In this document: one piece after another, positions 20,270-33,680 of the stretch
Numbering within the stretch: position 1 is the first letter of the stretch
Layout: each line of letters opens with the position of its first letter
Source of the DNA: a virus
Strand: one strand, 5' to 3'
Virus record (IMG/VR): IMGVR_UViG_3300042922_000836
Span: 73,095-137,094 of that record
Length of the DNA stretch: 64,000 nt
Program-made: the position numbers and the translations under genes
Notes under the pieces: generated by a model
What the model was told of the DNA's origin: nothing
What the model saw: the letters and a program-made list of their open reading frames with translations, nothing else
Database searches by the model: none

Positions 20270-21445
20270 TTAATCTTCATATGCATTTTTATCTTTCCAA
20301 ACCCAAAAACAAGTATCAATATCATTTTGTTCATTGAATTTTGTAAAAGGTATAGTTAGAAAGAAAAACTTATTGTAACCATCTATTGTTTTATCTGAAT
20401 TTTCCCAAGTACCACTGATAAAACTATTAATTTTATTTTCTTTCAGATATTCTTTAAAACTTTCAATATTTTCAAGATGTTCTTCTTTTGATTTTGCATT
20501 AATTATAATAAATTCAAAGCTAAGACCACTAACTGTAGTCCTTTTAAGTAAATGGTTTGTCATGTCCTGTTCTTCTTTTTGAGTTATTACCTGTATTAAT
20601 TTTGCATCCATAATGTGTTTATTCTCCTTTTTCAATTATATTTTTAATCTGCCTGAGCTGATTTAATGATAATTGAGAATCACTACCATATTCAGAGAAA
20701 TGTTTCTTAATGAAATCTATAAGATTATGAGATTCAATTTCTATATTGAGAGCTTCTTTGTTTAAATATAATTTCCATTCAGGAGAAAACTGACCACTTC
20801 TTTCACGAAAATTATCTTCAATATTAAATTGTATTGAACAATGAGGCTCTCCAAAAGTTGTCGTAATGTATTTTCTACCAATATCTACTACAGTTACCTC
20901 TTTCAAAAGGTCATCAAATCGGCTTTTTTGATATCCAATATATTTTATATATACAACTTGTCCTTTTTTGAAATCACTTTTAACCATTGCATTACCAACT
21001 TTCATTCATCATTATCATATAATTTACTTATCGTATCGTTCCATTGAAAAAGATTGGTATCTTTTTGCTGTATTGAAATATCTATATTTTCGTATATAAT
21101 CTCTCTGATTCTTATAAGCTGATTATATGATAAATTAGCGGAATTTTCATTAAAATTAAAAAATGGCTTAATATCATTTATAATTTTTTCATTTTCAGTT
21201 ACATAATTAGATTCGATATCTTCCTTATGTAAATATAATTTCCATTCGTATGCATATTTGCAAACCTGATGGAATTCATTTTTAATATCAAATTGAATAT
21301 TATTTAAATATTCTCTATAATCTACAGTTAAATAATTAACTCCAATACTTTTGACTGTAACTTCTATTACCATATTTGGATTTACGGAAGCTATATAAAC
21401 CGTTTGACTTTTCTTAAAATCACTTTTTTCTATTTTAGACACCAA
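20270..21445 (-). other. Three hypothetical genes; 20619-21005 and 21002-21445 are tandem paralogs
   Basis: Both paralogs share KSDFKKxQxVYI...EVTV..IG..Y...IQF.I...WKLYL.KE...LSxNQLxxI. Confidence 0.65.
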
Positions 21446-21476
21446 CTTTCTAAATTCATCTTACATCTATATTTTT

Positions 21477-22070
21477 TTATATTAACCTCATATTATGTTT
21501 AGCCTGATATTCTGCCCAACAATCCATGAAAGCATTTGAATTATCTTTCAATAACCGTTTGTATTTTCTATATTTCTTTTTCAATTCTTTCATTTCTTCG
21601 TATACATCTTCATTGACATAACTCCAAATATCAAAATAAATTGTATCGAATTTAGTTCCCTTTGGAAATTCATGCGTAAAACAATCACTTTCTATTATTT
21701 TAACTTTTTCATTTAAAGGGAGTTGGTTTCCGACCAATTCAATTACTTCTTTATATTTTTCCAATATTGTTATTGATTTTACATCAAATTTATCTTGAAT
21801 TGCTAATACAATTAAGCCTAACCCTAACCCAGCGATCAGCACATCACCGTTGGCATTGTATACAAAATTGCTATTTGTTCTTGTTTCCATAGGTGTATTT
21901 GACATTACACATTCATCATTATATGTAAGCCTAATATAATTTCCATAAGGAATTGTATCCATAATAAATCGGTTTTCTTTTGTTACGGTGAATTTTTCTA
22001 ATTTAAATTTGCCTACTTGCCCTTCTTTTAGAATTTCATGCATTTCTTTATATAAACCTATATGAATCAC
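21477..22070 (-). CDS. Class I SAM-dependent methyltransferase (spermidine-synthase-like fold)
   Basis: VLIAGLGLG, ITILE, FDTIYFDIW. Confidence 0.8.
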   Translation of the reverse strand: MIHIGLYKEMHEILKEGQVGKFKLEKFTVTKENRFIMDTIPYGNYIRLTYNDECVMSNTPMETRTNSNFVYNANGDVLIAGLGLGLIVLAIQDKFDVKSITILEKYKEVIELVGNQLPLNEKVKIIESDCFTHEFPKGTKFDTIYFDIWSYVNEDVYEEMKELKKKYRKYKRLLKDNSNAFMDCWAEYQAKHNMRLI

Positions 22071-22072
22071 TC

Positions 22073-22423
22073 CTATTCATTTTTTAAAATATTTTCTCGG
22101 TTTTCAATATTCTCTTTGAGTTCACCTTTTAAATATAATTCCTGTTTATATTGTCTTAATTTTCTAACAGATTCCGTTAATTTTTTTCTGTCAGAATATT
22201 CTTGCCAGTGTTCCTTTTGCCTTATTCTTCTTTTTTCGGCTATTTCAGGATTGACTATTATTTGAATTAATGTTCTGCTAACACCAAATTGTTTTGCTAA
22301 AATTCTTGTTCCGACTTTTTGCGTTTTATATATTTCTCTGATTTCATGTTTTTGTTCATCTGTTAGTTTTTTTCGTCTATCTTGTAGACCTGTTAATTTA
22401 ATTTTCTCACTTTTATATGGCAC
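22073..22423 (-). CDS. HTH DNA-binding protein
   Basis: KLTDEQKHEIR...RILAKQFGVSRTLIQIIV. Confidence 0.7.
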   Translation of the reverse strand: MPYKSEKIKLTGLQDRRKKLTDEQKHEIREIYKTQKVGTRILAKQFGVSRTLIQIIVNPEIAEKRRIRQKEHWQEYSDRKKLTESVRKLRQYKQELYLKGELKENIENRENILKNE

Positions 22424-23281
22424 TAATTCCTCTCCTATTATAATTATTAATATTTTATATTCAAATTATCATATTGCTCATCGGTTATAGAAATTACATC
22501 AAGAATTTTAACTTCTGTTGTAGTTCCTGATATAAATCTTTTTTGTCCTTTTTTCCAAGAATAATTATCACTTGATAACCACCATAAATTTTTCTTTGAT
22601 TTTGTATATTGAGCCAATATTAGATAATGTTCCATTTCTTTTTCCTCTCAATCTTAAAATACCCATTGTTCTCTGTCAATCATTAAATGAAATTCATTTC
22701 TACTGATATGTGCATTTTTAATTGCAAGTTCCTGATATTCTTTTGGTATATCTTTTAATTTATATCCTTTTTGAACTTTGCCTGTATTATCTTCAAAAAT
22801 AATAATCATATTTTGATTTAAAAACGGTAATATTTCATTTACTTTCATTTTATCATTCATATCATTTTTAATTTCTAACATATATAGCCTTTCTGTGGGA
22901 TTTAACCAATTCTTTTTTAGGAACTAATTCATTTTGCCATTGCAATAATATTTTTAAATTTTCTATATTCAACAAAGGGATCAATTCATTTATTTTCAAA
23001 GAATTAACTAAATTTCTTTTTTCTATTGATTCTAAAATTTTTGGAGTTATTTTGTATAGACGAATACCACAATATTTATCAGTGGTAATAAATGTACCAT
23101 CTGAATTAAATTTAATTCCACCTAATAAAATAATTCTTCCAGTAGGAGAAATTTTTTCAATTTCATTAATTTCATATTTAGCTTTTTCCCATGGTTTAGA
23201 AACATTAACAGCTACTTTATCACCTACCTTTAATTCTTTTAACCAGTCATTATATAACATTATAAGTTTCCTTTCTGGCTT

Positions 23282-24028
23282 TTAGTTAATTTTATCAACC
23301 AATACTCTAAAATGAAAGCATTGAATATTCCAACCACCCGCAGAAATCGTGTTGACTTTTGCAGAGCCTTTTTCACCGATAACAATTCCATTGATTTCAC
23401 CGTTGCCACCGATTGTTAAACCTTTAGCATCCGTAATAACACCTGTGATATCTTTAACACGTTCAAGGAATAATTTGCGTTTATTATTTTTTTCTTTTTC
23501 CATTTCGTTTTCAATTTTAATATTTCTTTCTTCATCAGGAAGACCATATAAGCTTTGAGTTAACTCTGAATACATAGAAAATTGTAATCTTTTAGATTGT
23601 TTATCAAGTCTTAATTCTTTTTCCTTTTCAATATAATCAGGAAGTTTTGTGTGAGCATATGAATGATATTTTTTATCTTCTTTCCATTTTTTAAATTCAT
23701 TAAGTCTGTTTTTATAACCATCATAAAATTCAACATATCTTATATATTCTTGCTTATGCCATTCTATGGCTCTGATTTTCCATGCCGACAGAAATTCCTC
23801 TACGATTGGGATCTTTTCAATGCTTTCTTCAATTTTTTGTTTTTCAAGGTATTTAGCAAGGGAAGTTTTATATTCTTCCAGATCTCTATTAGCATATTTT
23901 AAATCATCTTTATCATAATAATACGGATTTTTACCTGTTGAAAGAGCCTGTTTAATTCTTTCAATTTTCTTTTCGGTTTTTTCAATTGATTTCATCGCAC
24001 CTTCAATTCTTTTTTCAATAAAAGACAA
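23282..24028 (-). CDS. Hypothetical coiled-coil phage protein
   Basis: C-terminal TISAGGWNIQCFHFRVLV; TTG start after AAGGGGG. Confidence 0.6.
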   Translation of the reverse strand: MSFIEKRIEGAMKSIEKTEKKIERIKQALSTGKNPYYYDKDDLKYANRDLEEYKTSLAKYLEKQKIEESIEKIPIVEEFLSAWKIRAIEWHKQEYIRYVEFYDGYKNRLNEFKKWKEDKKYHSYAHTKLPDYIEKEKELRLDKQSKRLQFSMYSELTQSLYGLPDEERNIKIENEMEKEKNNKRKLFLERVKDITGVITDAKGLTIGGNGEINGIVIGEKGSAKVNTISAGGWNIQCFHFRVLVDKIN

Positions 24029-24105
24029 AATACATCCCCCTTTAAATCTATTATAGTTTTTCATTCGTTTAAATACATTTCTACATATCATTTTACCATA
24101 TTTTG

Positions 24106-24134
24106 ATTATAGCATGTTTTATCAAAATTATCAA
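24106..24134 (-). promoter_or_regulatory. SigA promoter
   Basis: TTGATA-17 bp-TATAAT with TG extension. Confidence 0.65.
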
Positions 24135-24423
24135 TATTATATTTTATTTTTTATATTACGTAATACAGTATATACGAACTTCAATTTATCATTGTACGAA
24201 ATATAGTTATTTGTTTATCCAAGATTAAAATTGCAATTCTAACAAATTGTTTAATTAATATATCATATATATGTGTATAATTTGTGTATATTTTACATGT
24301 TATTTTATACCAGTTATTTAATTCTAAACATTATGACCAATAAAAGGGATTTGCCCCACTTTTTTCCCTTATATCCATTAATACACATGTTATAAAATTA
24401 CAGTTTAAACAAGGCATGGTAAT

Positions 24424-25335
24424 TTATTGTTTATTATTGGAATAAATAGTATTCTTACCGTATTTAATGCTGACAATATCATTAGCTTTATAATCATAAT
24501 GACCAAAATATTTTTTATAATTATATCTGTCTTGTGCTGTTATATCAAGAGAACTATAATAACTGTTGTTTCTTTTTAAGGTATCTGCTTCAGTTTTAAA
24601 TGTAAATTCCCTGTTATTTACATTTATTGTAACGTTAACTGTTTTGGCTTCACTTTTTGTAACTGCCGAAGCAATTTTTCTTCTTAAATGAACTATATTA
24701 TTGTTATCTTCCAATATTTCATTAATTTTTTCTTGTATCAAGTCTTTTCTTTTGAAAACTTCTGAAATCATTAATTTATTATCTTCATTTTTTAAATATT
24801 CATTGGATAACTTTTCAATAGTTTTGTCAGGATCAACAATAAAATTAATTATTGTATCTGTACTAAATTCAGCATGTTGAATTTTTAAACTATAATTAAC
24901 TTTATTATTTCCCGCAAATACTTCTCTTTCAGCTTTTTCCGCTATATCATATTTACATTCATCTGTATCAATAAATGCCCTGACAATATTCATTTTAGAG
25001 ATTTTGTCATTTATAGTATATTGAAGGTTTTTCGATAAATCAGCTTTTATTGATGATAAGTATATTCTTGAAGAATAATCACAGTTAAGTAAATCTGCAC
25101 ACTCAAATTTCATATCATAAACCTTATCATTAATTATCATTCCTTGATATCTTAAATGACTTTCAAGAATTAAATTTTCATGATAAAAATTTTCACCATA
25201 TAAAATTTGAACATCATTATTATAATGTGCCTTTACAAAATGATAGTGTTGGAAATACGATGACTTTTCAATTGTACAATAAAATTCTATGCTGTTTTTA
25301 TCTTTCAACCAGTTTCCGAAATCTTCTTTATTCAT
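24424..25335 (-). CDS. Hypothetical protein
   Basis: 303-aa ORF, RBS AAGGAG. Confidence 0.65.
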   Translation of the reverse strand: MNKEDFGNWLKDKNSIEFYCTIEKSSYFQHYHFVKAHYNNDVQILYGENFYHENLILESHLRYQGMIINDKVYDMKFECADLLNCDYSSRIYLSSIKADLSKNLQYTINDKISKMNIVRAFIDTDECKYDIAEKAEREVFAGNNKVNYSLKIQHAEFSTDTIINFIVDPDKTIEKLSNEYLKNEDNKLMISEVFKRKDLIQEKINEILEDNNNIVHLRRKIASAVTKSEAKTVNVTINVNNREFTFKTEADTLKRNNSYYSSLDITAQDRYNYKKYFGHYDYKANDIVSIKYGKNTIYSNNKQ

Positions 25336-25397
25336 TTTAATCTCCTTTTTTCATGTTAATATTATAATTTATTTCAACGTACCCTGAGTGTCCTGTT

Positions 25398-26042
25398 TTA
25401 TGATTTACATAAATCAATTCCTAAGATTTTTATTGTCGGAACGAAAATACCGATTACTTCAAAATCTTTTCTTAATAACCATTCCGCATCATTTGACCAA
25501 TATTTTTCATTTGAACGCATAAGCTGACAGAAAGCATAATTTATATTATTGGAGTCTTTAGATGATGAAAAATCATATCCGTCAATAATACCGAATTTGT
25601 TTTTATATTTAACAATAGTACCCCTTGGAATTGATATTTTCTCTGCGGATTCTTCACTGATATCATAACTGCCATCACATTCTTCGCATGTTGTACAATA
25701 TCCTAATTCATCTAAACTCCATCCGTTTAACTCTTGTGTGTGACCGCAGTCTAAACATTCAACAGTAACCGTATTATTTAAGTTTTCATTAACTACAATA
25801 AATTCAACTTTATCTCTATCTAAATCAATATATAATATGTCTAAATCCTCATTATCTTCACAGTTATTTCCACAACCACAGACAGAACAATAAAAGTCAC
25901 CGTTTCCATCTGCATTTTTCAATTCATCAACGAGAATATCACTGTATGCCTCTTTACATTCAGTACAAATACATACCCATATTCCATGTTCATCATCACA
26001 CCAGTCATCAAACAGAATATTTTTATACCTTAAATACTTCAT
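25398..26042 (-). CDS. Acidic Cys-rich (Zn-ribbon) hypothetical protein
   Basis: Four CxxC pairs; overlaps the clpX stop. Confidence 0.55.
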   Translation of the reverse strand: MKYLRYKNILFDDWCDDEHGIWVCICTECKEAYSDILVDELKNADGNGDFYCSVCGCGNNCEDNEDLDILYIDLDRDKVEFIVVNENLNNTVTVECLDCGHTQELNGWSLDELGYCTTCEECDGSYDISEESAEKISIPRGTIVKYKNKFGIIDGYDFSSSKDSNNINYAFCQLMRSNEKYWSNDAEWLLRKDFEVIGIFVPTIKILGIDLCKS

Positions 26043-27214
26043 ATAGCTAACTCCTTATCGAATATCATTTGTGGATTTTCTTTATGCAATATTGCATTAG
26101 AAGTTATAATGCACTTTTTAATGCTTTCGTTTAAAGTAACATCATAAATTGCTTTCGTTATAATATCTTCTATTATTGTACGAAGACCTCTTGCTCCAGT
26201 TTCCGTTGATATTGCGATATTTGCAATTGTTTCCAACGCATCTTTGGTAAATTCAAGTTCAACATTATCCATGTTGAATAATTTTTGATATTGTTTTACA
26301 AGAGCATTTTTAGGCTCGGTCAGGATCTTAATCAGGTCATTAATGCTTAACGAATGAAGATTAACAATGACAGGAATTCTGCCGACCAATTCAGGCATTA
26401 AACCATATTTTATTATATCTGTTGATTTAACCTTATTTTTTATCGGTGACTTTATTTCAAAATCATTCGTGTTATTAAATCCGACTTTACGAAAAGATGA
26501 TGTATCAAGAATATTTTCAATGCCTGTAAAAGCACCACCGCATATAAATAAGACATTCTTTGTATTAAATGTGAAATTATCTTTCTTAAAATTAAAGCTT
26601 GATTCCTTGCCCTCTAACAGTTTCAGAAAGCATGATTGTACTTCCGATGCAATAGCACCATCTTTTCTGATTATTGAAGGATTATTTTCGGTATTGGCTA
26701 TTTTATCAATTTCATCAATAAATACAATACCACGTTCTGCCCTTTCATGATCTCCACAAGATTTATTTAATAAATCTATTAAAATATCTTCTGTTGACCT
26801 TCCGACAATTCCTGTTGGAGTAAAATCTGTGGCATCAACACCAACAAAGGGAACATCCAGTATTTTAGCAAGTGTTTCAACAAGAAGTGTTTTACCGCTA
26901 CCTGACTTGCCAACTAACAATACATTGCTTTTTTGTAATTCAACATCCCCTTCGGTTTGGTTTATTCTTTTATAATGGTTATAAGCTGATACCGCTAATG
27001 TTATCTTTGCATCTTCTTGACCGATAACATATTCATCTAATTTTTTCTTAATCTCAAAAGGTTTGAGAATTTCTTTTTTATTTTTGTTGTTCTGAATTTT
27101 TGTGTTTTCATTGACTAAAACTCTGATTGCTTCACAATAAATATCAGACATTTTTAATCCATTTTCTAAAACAATATCTGATTTTGGATAGATACTTTTA
27201 TTATCAACTGTCAC
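26039..27214 (-). CDS. clpX: ClpX-like AAA+ unfoldase lacking the N-terminal Zn-binding domain
   Basis: VIGQEDAK, NHYKR, KSNVLLVGKSGSGKT, IDEIDKI, VGF loop, PELVGRIP, TGARGLR. Confidence 0.9.
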   Translation of the reverse strand: MTVDNKSIYPKSDIVLENGLKMSDIYCEAIRVLVNENTKIQNNKNKKEILKPFEIKKKLDEYVIGQEDAKITLAVSAYNHYKRINQTEGDVELQKSNVLLVGKSGSGKTLLVETLAKILDVPFVGVDATDFTPTGIVGRSTEDILIDLLNKSCGDHERAERGIVFIDEIDKIANTENNPSIIRKDGAIASEVQSCFLKLLEGKESSFNFKKDNFTFNTKNVLFICGGAFTGIENILDTSSFRKVGFNNTNDFEIKSPIKNKVKSTDIIKYGLMPELVGRIPVIVNLHSLSINDLIKILTEPKNALVKQYQKLFNMDNVELEFTKDALETIANIAISTETGARGLRTIIEDIITKAIYDVTLNESIKKCIITSNAILHKENPQMIFDKELAI

Positions 27215-27237
27215 TATTTCAATCCCCTTTCTTTTTA

Positions 27238-27266
27238 TATAACAATTATTTTTACGATTTCCTTAC
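27238..27266 (-). promoter_or_regulatory. Phage promoter-like motif, copy 1 (upstream of clpX)
   Basis: GTAAGGAA-N15-GTTATA. Confidence 0.8.
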
Positions 27267-29587
27267 AAGACAAATTATAGAAGCTCATATTTCAGAACTT
27301 CTATATATCCATATTTTAAACAATTATTTATTTCTGTAACATCTTGATTTTCAATTTTGCTATTTGATTTTTTATATTCCATATTTCCAAATTCAATTTC
27401 TTTGGATATTAAACTTTTTAGCTTTTGTAAATTATCAGTAGATGCAATCAATTTCATACTATTATGAGTTTTCCATTTGTTACAACTAAAGAGAAGATAT
27501 GTATTTTCTTTATTTTCATCTTCATTATCCAAGCCAATCACACCTTTAAATTAAATTTTTCCAGACCAACATCTTCAAGATAATCTTGAAATGCATCATA
27601 TAATGATTTCGATTTATCGGTATAAAGAGGATGTGTTTTAAAATCATTAATTATTTTTATACTTAAATCAAAAACTTCATCACATACCATTTCTTTCTTT
27701 TCAAATACTCGGCAAAAATCATATCCCATAACTAAAAGTAAATATGCCTCTTCCTCAGAAAAGGATTTGTTACTGTTTTTTATATTATTAACATCAACCA
27801 TTGTTTTTCTCCTTTTATGTTTTAACTTTTTCTCATCATATAATAACTGAAACCATCTTCAGGTACTTCTTTAATATCGAAATTACCTGATGAATCTCCA
27901 CCGCTTTTTTTCCAAGCTTTTTCTTCTGCCTGTTTAATTTCATCTGCCATAACGACACCTACGGTAGTTGCTGTGAGTTCTCCTGTTCTCCTGTGAAAAT
28001 GATTTAAACTATAAAAATAAGGTTTCATTTGTTTATATCTCCTTTATATTATTCAGGTACTCCACATCCATCTTTAAAGACTGCTCCGCTAATTCTAAAC
28101 CATTTTGACATATGATCATAATCTTCGTCAGGAATAAAATTCACACCTTCAATATAATATTTTTCAGTTTTAGGAAAATTTCGTTTTAACTCTTTTATCA
28201 TATCGTCATTTGTTTTAATTGGCTTTTCTGTTTTTAAATAAAATGTATATTCTTTATTATGGTCGGTTTTTTCATTTTCTTCTCCATAATAATAAAACCA
28301 TATCTCATAATATTTTGTTTCATAATAATCTGATATTAAAACTTCGTGCTTGTCCTCATCATCGTCTGCCCAAGAAAGAGTACCATTTACATCACATAAT
28401 GGACATACATCAGTACCCCTATCTACAAGCATTAATTCTTCACAATTACAACATTTCACAAAATCAGCATATTCGCTATAATTATTGTTTTCAGGATTTA
28501 CCATGTTTTTAATACTCATATAATCCCCTTTAATTAGTAATCTGTTTCATTTTAGTTAATATATCATTTGCTAAATTGTAAATATAATTATCCTGTGTAT
28601 AATTTATTATCCGTTTTATATTTGTAAATGTTGGCTTTTCAATTATTGTTTTTAAATCCATTATTTCATCTTTTATCTCATTAATCAACATGATTGATGT
28701 ATTAAATTTTAATTGTTTCTCCCTTTCTTGAATAGCATTTATTATTGATTCTTTACATAATACCATTCTAAATCACTCCTTTCATGAATTTCTATAATTA
28801 TTTTCCTTGATAAACTATATTTTGAATTTTAACCGCCCTATTGCATATGTTATCTACAATATCTGCCAATCTACTATCGGTACAAAAATCAAATTGATGA
28901 CCATCCTTATTTAATTCCTCTATTGCAACATAACACTCAACTAACATTTTATATGAATTTTTTAAATGTTCTTTTACTTCATTTTTTGTCATTGTATTAT
29001 ATCTCCTTATTTTATTTATAACATATTGTTGTAAAATCTTGATAGTCATTTTTTGCCATACCATCCACAAATGAATTAAATGTAGTCAATTTCTCAACAA
29101 TAGCCTTTTCAGATTTTGTAAAATATCCACTAACCTCATTTTTTAATTCTTCTATTGTGTCAAAACTCATATATCTACCATATCTTCTTATTAATAATGT
29201 ATACATAATTAATTCTCCTTTAATTTTTATTTTTGGTGGTAGGTTTTCGGCAACCCACTAACACCGATTAAACATGCTAACCGCATATTTTTTCATCACC
29301 ATCAGAGAGTTCATAATCCTCTAACATTTTTTGATATTTTTTTGGTAATTCTTTATAATATTTTTTCACTCTATGACCGCTACTCCATTCATTCAAATAA
29401 TATTCTTCAATTACAAACTGGTGCAATTTATCACTATGTAAAATAACAGTTCCTAATCCTAAAACACCCTCTCTAACTGTTGTAACATCTCCCCCTTTTT
29501 CAAAATATCTGTTCATTAAGTTTTCAGCATTTGCTAAACTTATTTCATATGTTTTCATATATCTCCTTTTAATTTTATTTCTACTTA

Positions 29588-29616
29588 TATAACAATTAAA
29601 AAGCTAAATTCCTTAC
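29588..29616 (-). promoter_or_regulatory. Promoter-like motif, copy 2
   Basis: GTAAGGAA-N15-GTTATA. Confidence 0.8.
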
Positions 29617-30179
29617 ACTTATTACAATTTTTATTTTTTTATTTTAAAATGATCTATAATCTATCATCTGAAGTTCACCTTTTTATACCATATTAAACTT
29701 CTGTTAATTCATCAGCAAAAGCATCACATTCAATACCATCTTCAAATATAATTTTCCATATAGTTCCAACCTCTTCAAAATCATATTCAGATTCAACGAA
29801 ACGATTTATTACAGTACATTTTTGTTTATCATATTTTTTCCATTTACTATCTAAGCCTTGTGTATCAAAAATGCATATTTTACCTATAAGATTTCTCTTA
29901 TCTCTTTCCATTTGTTCTACAAATTCATTTGCTGTTAAAATATTTTTTTTACATAGTTTAACATATCCTGTTTTATCTGATTTATGGTTAATTTCTTGTA
30001 TATGATATTCATCTCCATTATTATCATAATATATATCATTAACTTTAAAATTAAACCAATTAACTATAATATTGTTTTTACTATTTTCTTTTAGTTCTTC
30101 TTCTAATTCTACAGAACATTCGACTGCATAATTATTAATTATCATTTAAAAATCTCCTTCCAATATCTATGTATATTTA

Positions 30180-30208
30180 TATAACAATTAAAAGAGATAA
30201 ATCCTTAC
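30180..30208 (-). promoter_or_regulatory. Promoter-like motif, copy 3
   Basis: GTAAGGAT-N15-GTTATA. Confidence 0.8.
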
Positions 30209-30580
30209 AAAATCGATTTATCGGTATTTTAAAATTTAATTTCTTGTCCAGTTGTAATAAATTCAGAATATACATCAATATCTGGGAAAGCTGGTATATA
30301 TTCGTATCTCGCAATATACAATTCGTTTCCTACAATTTTTCCGTATAATCTGTATGTATCGGTAAAGCCGACACTTTCTTCTGCGGTTAAATTGATTATG
30401 ACATTGTTTTCTTTCTTTACAACATAAATATGGTCTTGATTATCGTTTCTGAGTTCCAACATGACATTGTTTAATGTTTTTTTAGGGTTTCTAAGAAAGT
30501 CATTCCAGTTGTATACAAGTTTACATTTATTCATTTTTAATACCTCTTAAATTTCTATGTATAATTTCTTTTTACATTTA

Positions 30581-30609
30581 TATAACAATTAAAATATCAC
30601 ATTCCTTAC
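30581..30609 (-). promoter_or_regulatory. Promoter-like motif, copy 4
   Basis: GTAAGGAA-N15-GTTATA. Confidence 0.8.
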
Positions 30610-33398
30610 AAAGATTGTCACCTTCAACAATTCATATCTGATGTTAAGTTTAAAGAATAAACATAATTGCTTATTTTAAATCATTATAATCGTTTATTGC
30701 TCTTTCTTTAATAGTGTTATATAAAGGATTATCTGCTGTTATATTATGCCATCCATCTGGATCATCTTCATTCCAGTCCTCTCTTGATTCAAATAAAATT
30801 ATTCCATTAAATGCAAAAATTCCGTCTACCTGTTCATCAAATTGCACTTCAACAATTCCATCTAAATCACCTCTAACTTCATAGTTAGAAAAATCAATAT
30901 ATCCACCGTCATAACGCATATTTAACATAATAATACCTACTCTCAATATTTATTTTTCATCTTATCTAAATCCATCTTTGATGTAATTATTATTTTTATA
31001 TTTCTTACCAACATAAAATTCTACAGGCTGATTATTCTCCAAAGATTTAATTATTTCTGTTTCATTGTTTAAAGTAGTTAAAATTCTACGATATGATATT
31101 CGTTTTCCACTATATATTGAATCATAAAAATAATTTTCAAATTCTTTTGGAGTTAATGTTTTTCTCTCTGGTTCATACAGTTCCACTCCATCATATCTAT
31201 TTGCCCTAAACCGTCTTTCTGAACAAAAATCATCATATGAAATGGCTCTTTTTGACATTCGTAATAAATGCTCGCCATAATCATAATAACTACAATATCT
31301 GTTTCCTATTTTTAACTCCCCTCTGTATTCTTTACTTGGTTTCCCGCCTTTCATAAAACTCTCGGTATAATCTCTTAATTTTTCATTTGTATATATTTTT
31401 CCTATAAAATCTGATAGGCTTCTACCTGATGTGTCATTATTACATCCACTTCTGTCTAAATGTAGTAATCTTCCGTCAGATAATTTTACAAATTTTGTTT
31501 CAAATATTATTGAATGACTCATATAAAATCTCCTTTAATCTCCTTAATTTAATTTTCATAAATTTTTTCGTCTTTGTTGGAAAGTTGTTCAATAGTAATT
31601 TTTTGCATTTATTCCTCATCACTAAATTGTAAAGCCTCAATTAAATCCTGTTTACTATTTATCGGTGTAGGAGTATTCATAGAGTTGCCCAACCATATAT
31701 TCCAATGACAAAATCGTAAAAACGTTCATTCACATAAAGGGTTACAACATCTATCATTTTATTTCTTTAATTCCACCGTTCTTCCAAAAAGAAGAACACA
31801 TTCCATATATTTCATCAACACCATAACCTCTGTTGCCATCGATTGTAGCTGAACTAATATATTTTATAGGAAGTTTTACATCTTTATCTAAAGATATCTC
31901 TAATATACTACCAGCACCATTCCAGTTATCATATAACCCACATGATGTATTTTTATCAATTGTTAAATATCCTTTACCTTTACGTTTATTTATTGTTCTA
32001 TATCCTTCTTTAATATCGTTCTCACTGTCTTCTATGATTTTATCTTGCAAATCTAATAATTCACCTAAAGTTATATCTACAAAAAATGCAAGAGAATTCA
32101 TATGTGATGTACAATTTGCAACTTCATCCCTAACAGATTTTAAAAATTTACTATCACCATAATCACAATCACGCAAAGCTTTATTTAATTGTAATTTTGT
32201 ATAACCTTGCTGTTTTGTCAACCACACAAGAGATGCCTGATTATTTATTATTTCACCATATCTGCCATTATAATGAGGATATACACAATTCAATGTATAA
32301 TCGTAACTTTCATCACCTGTGTCTACTATGATATCAACTTGTACCGATTGATTAATATAATGTTCATATGGATAATTAAAATTAACATGCATATATACCC
32401 AATCTTTAATAAAATCTTCGTATCCATCATATATTTCTTCATCTAAATTATCTGCAATTGTTTTAATAACATCATATTGATATTCAAAACCACAGTCAAC
32501 ATAACATTCGTCAAGTAATTCATAAAATTTATTTTTCGGATTTTTAGATTTAAAAATATCTTTTATTGTACTATCTTCAAGATAATCATTGTAATCTGTA
32601 TAAATATCACCTGTATATGTACCATTTTCTTTGTTATAATTTAAATAGCAATTTTTATTTATGCAATCTTTTATCAATTCAACAATTTGTTTCTCTGTTA
32701 TTTCAACTGCAATTTTACTCATTTTATATTCTCCTTTATCTATGCTTATTCATTCTATTATTCCATATTAATATATAATTGTAATCGGTCATCATAAGAG
32801 CCACCACTTAAATATCTCCCAGCTATTATTAACTCCACCTCTGCATTTAAAAGTTCAATAGAAAAATTTTGTTTTCCTGTTTCAAAATTAAATGTTTGTA
32901 TATCTTGCCAAAAAGTATTTGATTTATCTTTTTCAACTTTTATAAAATTTACATTATACAGAGTTGAATAACTGAACTTTGGTAATGCATATAATATATC
33001 TTTAACTTTCATATAACCACCTATCAACAGTAAATAGTTCCTATATATTCGACAAACTTGTTATCATAATCAAAATTTTCAGGTAAATATTTACTATAAG
33101 ATTCTTTCAATTCAATCAGAGCATCTTCTTTATTTTTGTATGCTTGACTAAATAATGTTGGATATTTTTTAATACTTCCTATATAGAAAGATTCGTTAAC
33201 ATAAAATTTATTATCAGTAATTATTGACTTAGCTTCTCCCTCGGCTTCATTAAATTCAAATAAATTTGCCTCAACTGCTATATCTGCAATATCCTTATTA
33301 TTTTTAACTTTATAATCAACAAGATCATCATCTGTAATGTACAGACCATATACATAAATACCATATTTATAAATTGACATATTTAATCATCAACTTTT

Positions 33399-33680
33399 CT
33401 AATCTTCATCAGGAAAGAGAACAGTTGTTACACCTCTATTCCATTCCGTTATAATCCATATTTCACCTATACAAGTGTTATAACTTGCTAAAATTCTATC
33501 ATCATTATTTTCAACAGCTTTATCATTTAAAGGCTTATCATCCTCACATGTATCTCCCCAATCACATTTTTTATATCGTGTTAAAGCATTAATTACATCT
33601 TTTGCAAACTGTTCATTATCAGCTATTTCATCATTTATTCGCCTTGTCCAAACAAGCTGACCAAGTTTAAATTTATTCAT
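33399..33680 (-). CDS. Small protein of a family common in plasmids and phages
   Basis: CDWGD...RILASY...IWIITEW.R.VTTVLFPDE signature. Confidence 0.6.
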   Translation of the reverse strand: MNKFKLGQLVWTRRINDEIADNEQFAKDVINALTRYKKCDWGDTCEDDKPLNDKAVENNDDRILASYNTCIGEIWIITEWNRGVTTVLFPDED

